A stretch of 64,000 nt of DNA from NCBI GenBank assembly GCA_963921275.4, contig OZ001293.3:3040001-3104000 (forward strand). The letters run 5' to 3'. Positions 1 to 12,182 of the stretch are shown one piece after another (position 1 is the stretch's first letter; each line of letters begins with the position of its first letter). The notes under the pieces were generated by a model. The model had not been told where the DNA came from, did not search any database, and saw only the letters and a program-made list of their open reading frames with translations. The stretch is from an uncultured Hormoscilla sp. Its GTDB lineage: Bacteria > Cyanobacteriota > Cyanobacteriia > Cyanobacteriales > Desertifilaceae. The translations under genes and the position numbers were made by a program.

Positions 1-762
1 GTGGAACGGGGTTGTCTATTACTTCGGCATCAAGCAGGGAACTATCTAGTTATCTGAGTTCTTGCCTCGAACAGCTGGGTTAAGAGGCGATACACTAAGG
101 CACCAACAAGGCCCAAACCGCTATTGACACCTTTGAACAGCACATTCCCTCCTTTGTTGAAGGCATTCATGCTTGGTGGCCCTGAGGAAAGCCCCTGAGG
201 GCCAAAACCGATGATCTTGAGTTACAACAGTGGGTGCTGGAACTGTTGTTACCCTGGGCCTCTTGGCATCAACAAGCAGGCAAAAATCAACAAAAAGAGC
301 TCAAACTGGCCTATCAGGCGGCTGCCTCCCTGGCCTCAGATCCCTTGGAAGCCTACCCTCTGACTCAAGAACTGTCCTGTCAGGCGGCTGCCTCCCTGGC
401 CTCAGATCCCTTGGAAGCCTACCCTCTGACTCAAGAACTGTCCTGTGATGCACGTCCCTCTGTGGGTGGAGTGGGCAAACTGGATAGTTCTTAAATATGG
501 AAGGACGCAATGGCTATTTGTCTGGTCTCCATCATTCCTCTCGCGGCTTTTCGGGCTCAAAGCTTAGCGGTACTCACTGTCATTTACAATTTTGACATCA
601 GGCGAGCGGATGGTATTACAGCAGCGCCACAACTCTTTGGATACTATGCACGAGAATCTATTTGAGTGGGTTGTAGACCATATGGGTGAGATCCCCCTGC
701 CACGACAGTCATCAAAAACACAATCGCCCAATCCCTTACCCCGACTTACTGTCCCGGCTTAA
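1..762 (+). pseudogene. Degenerate DUF6399-like / IS-associated protein fragment, 5' end outside window
   Basis: Broken frames read ...EGRNGYLSGLHH...LTVIYNFDIRRADG...LFEWVVDHMGEIPLPRQS, resembling the cyanobacterial DUF6399 C-terminus; several stops and frameshifts. Confidence 0.55.
314..446. repeat. Perfect 66-bp tandem duplication (2 copies)
   Basis: TCAGGCGGCTGCC...GAACTGTCCTG at 314-379 and 380-445; encodes QAAASLASDPLEAYPLTQELSC twice. Confidence 0.95.
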
Positions 763-836
763 GTTGATAGCCACGCTCTAGACAATTTTCTCAGCATGGT
801 ATACAATATAAAAAGAGTAGATTAGGAGCAGTCCCA

Positions 837-1658
837 ATGCCCTCTCCATTTCCCGGAATGAACCCCTATCTGGAAAACCCCCGCTTTTGGCATCAAATCC
901 ATAAATGGTTAACGATATTGATTGCAGAAATCATGAATCAGAAAATCTGCCCCAAATATTTGGTATCTGTTGAGGAGCGAGTGTATCAAACAACTGAAGA
1001 TGGTGATGGCACGTTGCTCGTAGGAATTCCTGATAATGTAGTGATAGGACAAAGTAGAGTCAATATTGTCCCCCCCTTAACCGGAGCTGTTGCGGTCGCT
1101 GCCCCCTCTACCCAGCCAGTTCAGATTAACTTGCCAATGCCAGAAATAGTTAAGGAATGGTATCTGGAAGTGCGAGAAGTGGGGACAGATGAAGTCATTA
1201 CCGTGATTGAAATCCTCTCGCCGAAAAACAAACAAGCGGGAGAAGGAAGGAAAAGCTACATGCAAAAACGCGAAAAGATCCTGGGGAGTTCAACCCATTT
1301 GATCGAAATTGATTTATTGCGCCAGGGCAAACCCATGCTCATGTTAAACCAGGATCTGAAGACTCACTACCGCATTGTGGTGAGCCGCAGCCAGACCCGC
1401 CCTAGGGCAGACCTCTATGCTTTTAATTTGCAGCAAGAAATACCATCTATTCCTTTGCCCTTGCAAAAAGAAGATGAAGAACCGCTAATTCCACTCCAAT
1501 CATTATTACATACTCTGTACGATCGGGGCAGATACGATTTGAGAGTCGATTATCAAAAAAAGCCGATACCTGCTTTATCAACTGAAGATGATACCTGGGC
1601 AAATCAACTATTGTCTACATTAGGATTGCATAAAAATAACCCTTCTGACAATCCCTAA
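837..1658 (+). CDS. DUF4058 family protein (Uma2-like PD-(D/E)xK fold)
   Basis: N-terminal MPSPFPGMNPYLE and IEILSPKNK...HLIEIDLLR motifs; RBS AGGAG upstream. Confidence 0.85.
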   Translation: MPSPFPGMNPYLENPRFWHQIHKWLTILIAEIMNQKICPKYLVSVEERVYQTTEDGDGTLLVGIPDNVVIGQSRVNIVPPLTGAVAVAAPSTQPVQINLPMPEIVKEWYLEVREVGTDEVITVIEILSPKNKQAGEGRKSYMQKREKILGSSTHLIEIDLLRQGKPMLMLNQDLKTHYRIVVSRSQTRPRADLYAFNLQQEIPSIPLPLQKEDEEPLIPLQSLLHTLYDRGRYDLRVDYQKKPIPALSTEDDTWANQLLSTLGLHKNNPSDNP

Positions 1659-1707
1659 GCATAAACTGGAGAATTTATGGTATAATCAACAAGGGAGTAA
1701 TAAAACA

Positions 1708-2076
1708 ATGATTCTGAACATAGTAGGCGACAAATTGCAGATAGAGTGGGAATGGTACGAGCAATTATGGGGAGCAAACCTGGAGAAAACCTGGGAAATT
1801 CCCCTAAGTCATATCCAAGGAGTGACTACAGAGGAACCAGCCAGCAGTTGGACTGAAATCCGCGCTCCGGGAACTTTCTTTCCCGGTATAATCAAGGCGG
1901 GAACCTATTACAGCAATCGCGGTAAGGAGTTCTGGTACGTGACGAAGGATCGGGATTACTTGGTATTGTCACTCCAGGAGGAGTCTTTCAAGAAAATTAT
2001 CCTGATTTTGGAGCAAAATGAATATTGGCGATCGCGCCTCGTGGAAACCCTATCTGAGACTACCGAGTGCAGCTAA
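1708..2076 (+). CDS. Conserved hypothetical protein
   Basis: 122-aa ORF with RBS GGAG; IRAPGT..PGIIKAGTYY motif. Confidence 0.7.
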   Translation: MILNIVGDKLQIEWEWYEQLWGANLEKTWEIPLSHIQGVTTEEPASSWTEIRAPGTFFPGIIKAGTYYSNRGKEFWYVTKDRDYLVLSLQEESFKKIILILEQNEYWRSRLVETLSETTECS

Positions 2077-2123
2077 ATTGCTAATTGGTGAAGTGTTGCT
2101 GACAACTATCATTCTCCGTACAT

Positions 2124-2354
2124 TTACCACATAGTATTGAGGTCTTCTTTGAAGTCAGCAACATCGTAATGAACGCAGATGTCACGACTGGCAAGTAAAT
2201 GTTGAAATTGGATTAAATGCATTCCCAGTATACGACTTGCTTTGCCTATACTTAATTGATTTTGTCGGAATAGCATCAGCACAATTTCCTGCATGAACTC
2301 ATTTTCCGACATGAGTGCAGATTGGAGGATTTCATCTGAGATGACTAGGCTCAT
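2124..2354 (-). CDS. UPF0175 family protein (putative antitoxin)
   Basis: LSIGKASRILGM...FQHLLASRDI...HYDVADFKEDL pattern; RBS AGGAG. Confidence 0.75.
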   Translation of the reverse strand: MSLVISDEILQSALMSENEFMQEIVLMLFRQNQLSIGKASRILGMHLIQFQHLLASRDICVHYDVADFKEDLNTMW

Positions 2355-2405
2355 TTTTCTCCTGTAGTCCTTCGAGTCTACTTTAATCTTATAAGAGATT
2401 GCTTT

Positions 2406-2562
2406 CTAATCCCTTAGCCTCTTGGGAATTGCGATTGGGGAGCTGTGAGTGTATTATAATGTAGAAGAGGATCCCAAACCTCGCGTCGAGATCATCGCGA
2501 TCGGGGTTAAGGAACGCAACCAGGTAAGAATTGGCAATAAGGTAGTCTATGAAAACACTTGA
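2406..2562 (+). pseudogene. RelE/ParE-like toxin C-terminal remnant
   Basis: SNPLASWELRLG / frameshift / VYYNVEEDPKPRVEIIAIGVKERNQVRIG, overlapping the start of the downstream antitoxin-like gene; N-terminus missing. Confidence 0.55.
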
Positions 2563-2806
2563 ACTTACCCAAGCGACAGCAACACTGGTAGATTACTTGC
2601 AAAATATGGGTCCGGAAACCCATATACTCAGCATTGACGGTCAACCGGTAGCTGCTTTGATGCCACTGGAAAATCTTGGTATGGAGACAATCAGTCTCAG
2701 CACGAACCCTGAGTTTTTAGGTATTTTAGCAGAATCAAGGGCAAGTTTGAAAGCAGAAGGAGGAATTCCCCTAGCAGAAGTAAAGCGGCGCTTATATCTG
2801 GCTTAA
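2549..2806 (+). CDS. Phd/YefM-like antitoxin
   Basis: MKTLELTQATATL...GQPVAALMPL...SLSTNPEFL...GIPLAEVKRRL; follows toxin remnant. Confidence 0.6.
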   Translation: MKTLELTQATATLVDYLQNMGPETHILSIDGQPVAALMPLENLGMETISLSTNPEFLGILAESRASLKAEGGIPLAEVKRRLYLA

Positions 2807-2884
2807 ATAAGGTGCGATCGCGCGGCAAATTAATGCAAGCAATCTAGCCCGCGCAGGCGGGCTTCGTTCATGTAGCCGGACCTT

Positions 2885-4337
2885 TTAGGGTTCGGGCGGC
2901 TGTAGCTTGTTAACGATCGGATTTCCCAGGATAATAATCAGCGCCGAAAGAGCGACGATCGGGACAACTGGAAGAAAACCAAAGGTCAAGCTTGGCGGAA
3001 GCAGACCCAATTGAAAGCCCAGCAGAACCAGTTCTCCCGCTACAATGGAGATGATACAACTCAGGGGGTGAATGTTTTTGCCATATAAGGCAGCAATTAC
3101 CGTCGGGAATAGTACCGATAATCCCGTAAAGGCTTGGGTGGCGAAGCCCAAGATTGAAGCTGGCGGTTTGTAGGCGAGGATCAAACCAATGATGGCTGCT
3201 AAAACAATCAGCACTCGGCCTACAAGGGTTTGTTCTTTGAGGGAAGCATTTTTCCGGAAGTAAGAGATGTAAATATCCCGCGTCAGCATTGAACTGATCG
3301 CCAACAACTGGGAATCCATTGTTGACATAAATGCTGCCAAGGCCCCCCACCATCACAAAGGAACTCAGCCATATGGGAGCATATTTTTCCAGCATCATGG
3401 GCAAAATTTGATCGGCCTCTTTTCCTACCAGATCCGGAAAAGCTATATGCCCCCACATCCCAATCATCACCGGGCAAATAAATAAGATTGTGACAATTGG
3501 ATATAATACTGTAGAAACTTTTAGGGAATTGGCATTTTTAGCTGCATAAAACCGCATGAACATTTGCGGTAACATCATCAGGGCCAAGTTCCAGAGAATA
3601 ATATAGCTAAACAACTTTTTCGGAGTGAAAAAGTTATCTACCCCCTGTCGAGAGAAAAGTTCTGGGGAAATCTCGTAGACATTGCTGTTAGCTGTAGCAA
3701 AACCTCCAAGGCCATGGGCGATCGCTACCAGGGCGGCGATCATGAGTACAAACATTAACACTCCTTGCCAGATATCGGTTAAAGCGACGCTTTTCATCCC
3801 GCCCACGCAGACATAGAAAACAATAATCAATGTCAAAAGCGTCGCCCCCAAAAAGTAGGGAATTTGTCCGTTAGTCAAGGTTGATAGCAGATACCCTGCC
3901 CCGATCGGCTGTAAAGTTAAATAAGGCAGGGTAAAAATTACCATCACCGCCATCACCAGCAATTTCAGGGCTTTGCTATGAAAGCAAACATCAATCAATT
4001 CTGGGGGAGTTATTAATCCTTTTTTCTTGCCATACTGCCAGACTTTGTAGCCGATATAATAGAAACCCAGTGCTGCTAAGCCCGTGTCAAAGGCCATCAT
4101 CGGGTAATAACTCAGGCCGATGCGATAGCCAGATCCGGCAAATCCCAGAAAAAAGAAGGCGCTGAAATTGGTGGCACTCAGGGTGAAAAAAAGGACGATC
4201 GGGTTAATTTTGCGATCGGCTAGGAAATATCCTTCAACGGTATTCTGTTCCTTTTGATAACCCGCCAGTCCTACCCACAGCGTCCCTAACAAATATATGG
4301 CGATCGCCAGATAGGGCATCAGGTACTCTATTGACAT
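2885..4337 (-). pseudogene. Sodium:solute symporter (PutP/PanF-like), frameshifted near 3340
   Basis: Hydrophobic SSS sequence (YFLADR, ATNFSA, GGMKSVALTD) in one frame continues as AAFMSTMDSQLL in another; shift lies at a G6 run. Confidence 0.85.
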
Positions 4338-4561
4338 CAGTCGTTCTCCTCCGTCTTCCAAAATTGCAGCGTAAATATCAGCATAGCAAGAGTCAGGACA
4401 ATTTGCAAGCCGACCAAATATAAGAACCAGGTGGGCAGATTTAAGAATGACAAGGAAATGTCTTGTCCCCCAGACCAAGAATTAAGGGAAAGAAGCCCGA
4501 TCGCCGTAAAGCAGAAAAACCAGAATGATGAAGATTGAAAAACTTTCATAATGATATCCAA
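4337..4561 (-). CDS. Small membrane protein partner of the symporter (DUF3311-like)
   Basis: Two hydrophobic segments, LPTWFLY; stop adjoins the SSS start. Confidence 0.6.
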   Translation of the reverse strand: MDIIMKVFQSSSFWFFCFTAIGLLSLNSWSGGQDISLSFLNLPTWFLYLVGLQIVLTLAMLIFTLQFWKTEEND

Positions 4562-4591
4562 AGGAGGAGGTGGGCGGTGCCTACGCAGATA

Positions 4592-6961
4592 TTACCATTG
4601 GGGCATTTTGGCAAGCAAGGCGCTAGCAGCGATGCTATCGGTAGGCTTAGAAAAGAAATAGCCCTGGCCATATTCGCATTTTAATTCTCTCAGCTGACTT
4701 AGCTGTTGTGCTACTTCCACTCCTTCGGCGACAATATCCATACCTAAGTTGTGGGCCAGAGAAACGATCGTTCGCACGATCTCGGCGTTCTCCCGATCGA
4801 GGTGCATGGGACCCACAAAGGACTTGTCAATCTTTAAGGTATGTATTGGCAATTTGTGTAGGCGACTCAGAGAAGAGTAGCCCGTACCAAAGTCATCAAT
4901 ACTCAGTCCTATTCCCAAGGATTTTATCTTTTCCAAGGTGCCGATTATCAATTCATCATTTTCCACGATCGCGCTTTCAGTGATTTCCAGCCTCAGGCTG
5001 TGCCGATTGCACTTGGTCTGGCGCAATATCTGATTCAACCGCCAGATCAAATCTGCTTGATAAAACTGCTTTGTGGAAAGATTCATACTCATAGTTAATG
5101 GCGTCGAAAAGCGCTGTTGCCAATGGGCCAACTGCGTGCAAGCTTCTCGCAATACCCACCAACTCAAAGGAATAATCAACCCCGTCTCCTCTGCTATGGG
5201 GATAAACTGGGCTGGAGAAATTAAACCCCGACTGGGATGCTGCCAGCGTACTAGAGCCTCGAAGCCTGTAATTTGACCCGTCTTTAGGGACACAATGGGC
5301 TGATAATGAAGTAGTAATTGCTGCTGCTCAATTGCCTGTCGCAAGTCGTTCTCTAGGCGCAGGCGTGAGACACAGACATCGTGCATCTTTTGGTCGAACA
5401 CTACGGCCTTTGCGCCACCCTCTGCCTTGGCACGATACATGGCAATATCGGCATTCCGCAGCAATTTTTGTGACAGTTCTGAGTACATCTTTCCGGATAA
5501 ATCCAGGTTCCATCCAGATTGGGACATCTCGGACGAGACACCCAGAACTATACCAATGCTAGCAGTGGTGAATACTTCCTGCCCCTCAATCCGTAGGGGA
5601 ACGCTCAATTCCTTCTGGATTAATTCCGCTACCTCGATCGCCATCTCTTGATTGGCATTCTCTAGCAGGATCGCAAACTCATCTCCTCCTACTCGGGCCA
5701 CCATATCTTCTGGGTTGAGATAGAAATTCAAGCGCTTGGCAATGGCAATCAGCAGTTGGTCCCCTGCCAAGTGTCCCAGACTGTCATTAATCAGTTTGAA
5801 GCGATCCAGGTCCAAAAACAGCAGCGCTAGCTGATATCCTGGTTCCTGTTGGAGTCGCGTAGCTGCTGCCCACAGCTGTTTCCTCAACAATTCTCGGTTG
5901 GCCAACCCTGTCAGTCCATCGTGAAATGCTTGATAATATAATTGATCCTCTGCTTTCTTGCGATCGGTTATGTCCCGCTGAATGGCCAGATAGTGAGTTA
6001 CCTCCCCCTTACTATCGTAAATTGGCTCTATGTGCCACCCGTTGTAAAATGCTGTCCCATCTTTGCGGTAGTTGATCGTTTCTCCATAGAACACTCGTCC
6101 TGCTGATAAATCTTGCCGCAGTCTATCCAACACTTTCGGGTCTGTCTCTGGGCCTTGCAGCATCCGGGGCGTCTTCCCGATCGCCTCTTGAGCAGTATAG
6201 CCCGTCATCCGGGTGAAGGCGGGATTGACGAATACAATTTCGGGACCGGGTGACTTGAGGTTAGTGTTTGTAATCAGGATCGAATCTTGAGCATTGTGAA
6301 CTGCTGAGGCCAATAGTCGCAGTTCTTCCTGGGAACGGTGCTGCTCGATCGCCTGGGACAGGATCTTGGCGATCGCCTCCAGGAATTGTAGGTCATAATC
6401 GGTAAATTTTTGCCTTTGTCTGCTGCAAGCTAATAATACCCCAAAAGGCTGTGGCTGTTCCGTCCTGGGAATCACCACCCCCGCACAACTGACGAACCCT
6501 TGACTTAGCAATTCTTGCTCTGCTGCACCGGGCATCTGCCACAAGTCTGAGATCGCCACTGGCTTGTTCAACTGAAGAATATAGTCGGCCATCTGAGCTT
6601 CTCCAGATCCCAAAGGTAACAGACAAAAATCATATTCTTTTTCTTTCTCTGTAGCAGTTTCTCTTTCCCTTCCTACTATATTTGGATATTTCCGGCCTAC
6701 ACTGCTACGTACTTCCCACAGCTGAGAGTCCCGTTCTAGCACCTTTACCAAAGATACCTTTAGGGTCTCCATCACCATATCTGCCCCTTCCGACAGCAGC
6801 GTTGCCAGGGGTATTCTACTCAATGCCCGCCCTGATAGCTGTGCGATCGCTGTCTGTCTCACTAGCTGTCCTTGCAGAGACCCGATCGCCCTTTCGTCCG
6901 ACTGTAGCACCCCGTCACAGCCCGTTCTCTGTGTTTCTCTCTCGAGCGTCTCTTTTGTCAA
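4592..6961 (-). CDS. GAF-PAS-GGDEF-EAL diguanylate cyclase/phosphodiesterase
   Basis: PAS (VFVNPAFTRMTGY), RVGGDEF, EALVRWQHP, DDFGTGYSS motifs. Confidence 0.95.
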   Translation of the reverse strand: MTKETLERETQRTGCDGVLQSDERAIGSLQGQLVRQTAIAQLSGRALSRIPLATLLSEGADMVMETLKVSLVKVLERDSQLWEVRSSVGRKYPNIVGRERETATEKEKEYDFCLLPLGSGEAQMADYILQLNKPVAISDLWQMPGAAEQELLSQGFVSCAGVVIPRTEQPQPFGVLLACSRQRQKFTDYDLQFLEAIAKILSQAIEQHRSQEELRLLASAVHNAQDSILITNTNLKSPGPEIVFVNPAFTRMTGYTAQEAIGKTPRMLQGPETDPKVLDRLRQDLSAGRVFYGETINYRKDGTAFYNGWHIEPIYDSKGEVTHYLAIQRDITDRKKAEDQLYYQAFHDGLTGLANRELLRKQLWAAATRLQQEPGYQLALLFLDLDRFKLINDSLGHLAGDQLLIAIAKRLNFYLNPEDMVARVGGDEFAILLENANQEMAIEVAELIQKELSVPLRIEGQEVFTTASIGIVLGVSSEMSQSGWNLDLSGKMYSELSQKLLRNADIAMYRAKAEGGAKAVVFDQKMHDVCVSRLRLENDLRQAIEQQQLLLHYQPIVSLKTGQITGFEALVRWQHPSRGLISPAQFIPIAEETGLIIPLSWWVLREACTQLAHWQQRFSTPLTMSMNLSTKQFYQADLIWRLNQILRQTKCNRHSLRLEITESAIVENDELIIGTLEKIKSLGIGLSIDDFGTGYSSLSRLHKLPIHTLKIDKSFVGPMHLDRENAEIVRTIVSLAHNLGMDIVAEGVEVAQQLSQLRELKCEYGQGYFFSKPTDSIAASALLAKMPQW

Positions 6962-7209
6962 TTATTCTGCCTTACCAGGCTTGATGCCTGTCCTCACATT
7001 CCAGAATTCTTAAGATAATCTCAAGACTATGTTACTAAATGTAAAGCTACATGACAATCATCTGCTCATCTCCTCTGGGAGTTCTATGGACAGCTTTAAG
7101 TATATATACTGATTAGAAGGTATGAACCCACCGTTCCGGAAAAATCGGAGATGACTCTAAAAAGTGGTGCTAAGATTTAAGTTAACTGGCATCTATATAA
7201 AATCGAGTC

Positions 7210-7590
7210 GTGAATTCAATAACTCAAAGGGAACGGGATTTTTCTCCCAGCAGCAAAGCACCACATCCCAAAGCTGATGCCGAACATTCTGTATTGGTTT
7301 GTCAGTACCGGTCTTGTAAAAAAAACGGTTCGGCAGCAGTGCTAGCAAAGTTTAAGTCTTTGGCAATAGAGGGAGTGGATGTGGCCGAGAGTGGCTGCCA
7401 GGGACAATGTAGCACGGGCCCAACGGTGCGGGTGCTGCCTACCGTTCCGGAAAAATCGGAAACCTGGTATTGCCGAGTTCGGCCCCAAGACGTGCCAGAG
7501 GTGATAGAACAGCATTTACTCAATGGTAAACCCGTAGCCAGACTGCTGCATCCGAGATTTCATCTCTATGCTCAGTATTACAGTCCTTAG
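7210..7590 (+). CDS. Thioredoxin-like (2Fe-2S) ferredoxin
   Basis: VCQYRSC...[13 protein letters not shown]; carries a 15-nt repeat insertion (TVPEK). Confidence 0.85.
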   Translation: MNSITQRERDFSPSSKAPHPKADAEHSVLVCQYRSCKKNGSAAVLAKFKSLAIEGVDVAESGCQGQCSTGPTVRVLPTVPEKSETWYCRVRPQDVPEVIEQHLLNGKPVARLLHPRFHLYAQYYSP

Positions 7591-8417
7591 AGGACAAACT
7601 GGAGCAGCATGGAGGCTACCGATCCGATCGCATTCATAAAGCGCTGGCGTTTGGCTGCCCGGCGACTTTCTGCGATCGCTTCTTCGGTCTTGGCGACCAA
7701 CTCCTGGGAAATTTCGTAGCCCTGAGTATTCTGTTGAAGTTCAAACAGTTCGCTAGCTTTCTGCCAATCTGCTATGGCGTTGGGGGCATCTCCTAACTGG
7801 AGGCGACTAATGCCCCGACCTAGGTATGCTGGCGCAAATTCGGGATTGAGATCTAATGCTTGCTCGTAATTGGCGATCGCGCTTCTATGGTCTCCCAGCT
7901 GCACGTCTGCCACAGCCAATTTATAATGGTCTTCAGGCTGGAGGATACCCCTGGGAAGGGCAATTGTGCCGCGCCAAATCGCCCCCTCTAAAACAGCATC
8001 CTGTAAAATTGCATTTCCGAGAAAGGCATGACCGAGGTTGGCACCTGCGAGGTTAGCACCTGTAAAATTGGCATTGGCCAGGTTAGCGCGACTGAGGTTG
8101 GCACCCATGAGGTTAGCACCGCTGAGGTTGGCACCGCTAAGGTTGGCGTTAAAGAGAACTGCACCCGACAGGTCGGCATTGCTTAGGTTGGCACGGCTGA
8201 GATTTGCCCGATCCAGATTAGCTCCTGACAGGTCGGCACCAGCCAGATCGGCTTTGCGCAAGTTTGCCAAGTACAAACCTGCATTCGATAGGTCGCATCC
8301 GGGACAGGTTTTTGTACCTAGCAACTGGGTGAGTTCAACGAGATTTTCGGCGGCCACGGGGGCTGATAAGGCTATACTTGTCAACAATGTCGCCGCTGCT
8401 ATCATTTTCCTTTTCAT
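7587..8417 (-). CDS. Exported pentapeptide-repeat protein with TPR
   Basis: Signal peptide, CPGCDL, A(D/N)LXX repeats, C-terminal TPRs. Confidence 0.9.
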   Translation of the reverse strand: MKRKMIAAATLLTSIALSAPVAAENLVELTQLLGTKTCPGCDLSNAGLYLANLRKADLAGADLSGANLDRANLSRANLSNADLSGAVLFNANLSGANLSGANLMGANLSRANLANANFTGANLAGANLGHAFLGNAILQDAVLEGAIWRGTIALPRGILQPEDHYKLAVADVQLGDHRSAIANYEQALDLNPEFAPAYLGRGISRLQLGDAPNAIADWQKASELFELQQNTQGYEISQELVAKTEEAIAESRRAAKRQRFMNAIGSVASMLLQFVL

Positions 8418-8855
8418 GAAATCTATACGCTAGTGTTGGGATCTTCTGATATCTTGCACTATTTTTTGAACTCTCTTCGCAGGAGGCCCGCCGGGGGTTT
8501 TAACCCACGCTATCAAAAGGGAGCGCTAATCGCACTACCCGGGGGATAGCGCCGTCTAATAGCTAAAGTCGGTTAAAACCGACTATAACATTTATAAAAA
8601 ATAATACCAATTTATTAAAGTTGTGATAGAGAAAAAACCTACCATCTCGTTCCCAGGTTCTACCTGGGAACGGTCTTCTGAGGCTCCCGCCTCCGATTTT
8701 TCCGGAACGGTGCGAATCCGTGCTACCGTAAAGTATATCATATCTTAAAAAAATGGTAGAATGCTACAAATGATCCTATGTAAGTCTTTTCCAGGGTGGC
8801 TTTCCCGTCGCGTTTTTTTTAATGGTATTACCATGATCCATGATCCACGATCCAT

Positions 8856-9776
8856 TTGCCAACTGTGACAGGTTTTCTCAACTTAAATAAACCAGCGGGT
8901 TTAACTTCTCATGACTGTGTCGCCCGGGTGCGGCGGTTGCTGCGCCTCAAGCGGGTGGGACATGCTGGCACTTTAGACCCGGCGGCCACTGGGGTTTTGC
9001 CGATCGCCCTCTCTAAGGCGACGCGACTATTACAGTTTCTCCCTCAAGATAAGGCTTATCATGCCACTATTCGCCTGGGAGTTACTACTACTACTGATGA
9101 TACCCAAGGGGAGGTTATTTCCTCTCAGGCCGCAGACCATGTAACCCTCGATACTGTGCGATCGGCCCTGGAGCAATTTCAGGGTAAGATTCAGCAGGTG
9201 CCTCCCAATTATAGCGCTATTCAGGTCCAGGGGAAACGCCTTTATGAAATGGCCCGGAGTGGCGAAAAGATTCAGGTTCAGGCCCGTTCTGTGGAGGTTT
9301 ATAATATAGATGTTTTGACTTGGCGCCCTGGGGATTTTCCCGAACTGGATCTGGCGATCGCCTGCGGTCCGGGCACCTATATTCGGGCGATCGCCCGGGA
9401 CTTGGGTGCTGCTTTGCTGGTTGGTGGCACCCTCGCTGCACTCGCTCGCACTCATAGCAGTGGCTTCAGTTTATCAGATAGCTTGACCTTTGAGGAGTTT
9501 GAATCTCAGCTGCAACAGCAGATCTTTACCCCCATATCCCCCGATGTCGCCCTGGCACAACTTGGGGCGATCGAACTCCGGGCCGACCGTCGCTGGTGTA
9601 ATGGTCAACGTTTAAGGGTAAAAAATGCAGCAGAAATTTATAATATATCTGATGCAGATGGCGATAAAATAGTGAGAGTAAAACATGAGGATGGACGTTT
9701 GTTGGGCATTGGCAAGCTGGGCAATGAAGATGATAATATCCTGTTAATTCCTCAAGTTGTGATTGAGCAGTTGTAA
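8856..9776 (+). CDS. truB: tRNA pseudouridine(55) synthase
   Basis: [37 protein letters not shown]. Confidence 0.95.
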   Translation: MPTVTGFLNLNKPAGLTSHDCVARVRRLLRLKRVGHAGTLDPAATGVLPIALSKATRLLQFLPQDKAYHATIRLGVTTTTDDTQGEVISSQAADHVTLDTVRSALEQFQGKIQQVPPNYSAIQVQGKRLYEMARSGEKIQVQARSVEVYNIDVLTWRPGDFPELDLAIACGPGTYIRAIARDLGAALLVGGTLAALARTHSSGFSLSDSLTFEEFESQLQQQIFTPISPDVALAQLGAIELRADRRWCNGQRLRVKNAAEIYNISDADGDKIVRVKHEDGRLLGIGKLGNEDDNILLIPQVVIEQL

Positions 9777-10699
9777 AACTACCACGCCCTCACCCGTTCC
9801 CAGGCGGAGCTGTGGGAACGAGGGGGCCGTGTCTCCTGGGTAGTGCGACTACATCGTATTCGCACTGATTAATGTGCTCTGCTCGCGCACTGCGCGGAGC
9901 ACATTAATCGCACATCGCGGAGACATCGATGGCTAGATTACAAAATTTAGATGCTCCTGCTCAGACCTCTTCTTTTTGTTCAATCTATAACTCCTGTTTA
10001 AGTTATTCTATAGTTTGAGGCTGAATTTTTCCTGAATTTGATTCGGGAGCATCTCAATGCATGTATTTGCGAAGATAAAATTGCTAATTGCGAAGGTAAA
10101 ATTGCTAATTGCGAATAGTCGGGCAATTCTCAATTTGGGTCTCCTGGGTTTTGGGTGATAAGTAAAGCTTGGCACTGGAGAGCGTCTAGTTAAATAGAAG
10201 CCCGAATGCCCGACACAGTCAGGGTTTGATCCGATGGGTTAAAAATACGTCAAGCCTTTGACTGGCAAGGGATTGAGCTAATGCATATTAATCGGGCGCT
10301 CATCAGTGCCTAATAGACAAAATGGAGGTTGGGTTTGAGGCACGGATACGGTTGGCGAATGTGCTACCAAGCATCTTACATTGAGTATTACTAATCGCCC
10401 AAGTAAAGATTTCTCGTTCTTGTAGCACGCTCTTATTCGTCTTTCGAGATGGATTTCGCCAACAGGATCGAGGCACGAAACCCAACCCAACTCGTAGCAT
10501 CAGCAGTAGGGTGTTTAGCGATCGCCTTAACTAAGTCGCGCTTATACGCTTGCTCGCCTGCTATGCTATGATAGTTTAGTACTAATCTAGTATTAGCGTC
10601 GTAGGCGATCAGTACCAGGCCTGTACCAGTGCTTTGGCATTGGGTAGAGATGTCCCGCCGCGCTGTGGCATGCTGGTAATATATTTTCGCCGTGCTGAA

Positions 10700-11600
10700 C
10701 TAGGGCGTGTCATCAGTTAGATTAACGATATGGGTCCCCACCAAAAATATATAACAAGATGATTGAGTTGACAACCAGGATATATTGGTGTGATCTAAGA
10801 GGGTAAAGGTTAGAGCAGGAGAATTTGAGAAATGCGTCGCTATGCTTTAAGAGATGACCAGTGGGAGAGAATCAGGGACCTATTGCCAGGTCGGGAGGGT
10901 TATGTGGGGGGGACAGCTAAGGATAACCGCTTATTTGTCTATGCTGTCTTGTATCGATATAGAGCTGGGATACCTTGGCGGGACTTACCCGAGCGATTTG
11001 GGGACTTGAGGGTAATTCATACGCGCCATAGTAGGTGGTCAAAATCCGGGGTATGGGAAAGAGTATTCAAGGTACTTGCGTCCGATGCCGATAACGAATA
11101 TGCGATGATTGATGCCACGATATAAAGGGCTCATCAACATAGTGCAGGTGCTCAAAAAAAAGATTGCGACCAAGCCATCGGACGCCGTAAAGGGGGTTTG
11201 AGTACCAAAATTCACGCGACCTGTGACGCATTGGGGAACCCAACGGGTTTTCATTTAACAGCCGGTCAAGCTCACGATTTGGAAGGGGCTGATGTGTTAC
11301 TTGATAATATTAAGGCTGATGCGTTACTCGCAGACAAAGCTTCTGATGCTGACGAACGGGTTTTGAAACGTCTTGAAGCCCAGCAATGCGAACCTGTGAT
11401 TCCGCCTAAATCCAATCGAAAAGAACAACGCCGTTATGACAAATATCTATACAAAGCACGTCATTTGATTGAGAATTTTTTTGCCAAACTCAAGCAATAT
11501 CGAGCCATTGCCACCCGTTACGATAAGAGGGCTCAGAATTTCTTGGGTGCTATCTACCTGGCTGCTACTGTTGTTTGGCTTAACTGATGACACGCCCTAG
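10700..11600 (+). mobile_element. IS5-family element with split transposase (10832..11587) carrying an in-frame TAA at 11123
   Basis: Perfect 20-bp terminal IR CTAGGGCGTGTCATCAGTTA / TAACTGATGACACGCCCTAG; WRDLPERFG, IENFFAKLKQYRAIATRYDK; A-run near 11155 fits a programmed frameshift. Confidence 0.9.
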
Positions 11601-11755
11601 CATAATTATACCATAATCGCTCATAATTGCCAGTCAAACTTGTCTAAACCGGGCTTCTGGGATTATGCTAGTTAACAAAATTTAACATACTGGACAAAAG
11701 GGAAAGAGTTAGAATAGCAGCAGACTTCCATTAGGTGAGATCCAGGAGTGTGATT

Positions 11756-12054
11756 ATGAATAGCAAATATAAATCATTGATGGCGGTACTAGCAGCAGGA
11801 GTGCTGGCAGTAATAGAGGTTTAGCACGCAGTAGATGGCGAGACTACTCCGGGGAGATCGCAGATGCAAATAAGGCGATATAAATTAAGCTAGACTATGC
11901 CGAAGCTTACCTATTACGTGGGGGGATATATGATTCATTAAAAGATCCACAAAAAGCGCTCGAAGATATACAGAAAGCTGCTATTCCGCGATCAAGGGAA
12001 GATGGCTGGCTGCCAACTAGCACAATAATTCCTCAGAGAGGTTCAGCAGCAGTG
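11756..12054 (+). pseudogene. TPR protein remnant
   Basis: Broken frames: GDYSGEIADANKAI*IKLDYAEAYLLRGGIYDSLKDPQKALEDIQKAA. Confidence 0.55.
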
Positions 12055-12182
12055 AAACAGGGACTGACTCCTGGGACGCCACGCGACAGAGGAAGAAGCA
12101 CGATCAGCTGCGGTAACTCAAACAGATCGAGCCAGGAATTTGATACCCTAGCAAAAATACTCTTGGGAATGGGACAATCAAG

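Noticed and set aside
8646..9825. CGTTCCCAGG...GGGAACG palindromes flanking truB as a mobile cassette
   Set aside because: Common REP-like intergenic palindromes; no TSD or transposase
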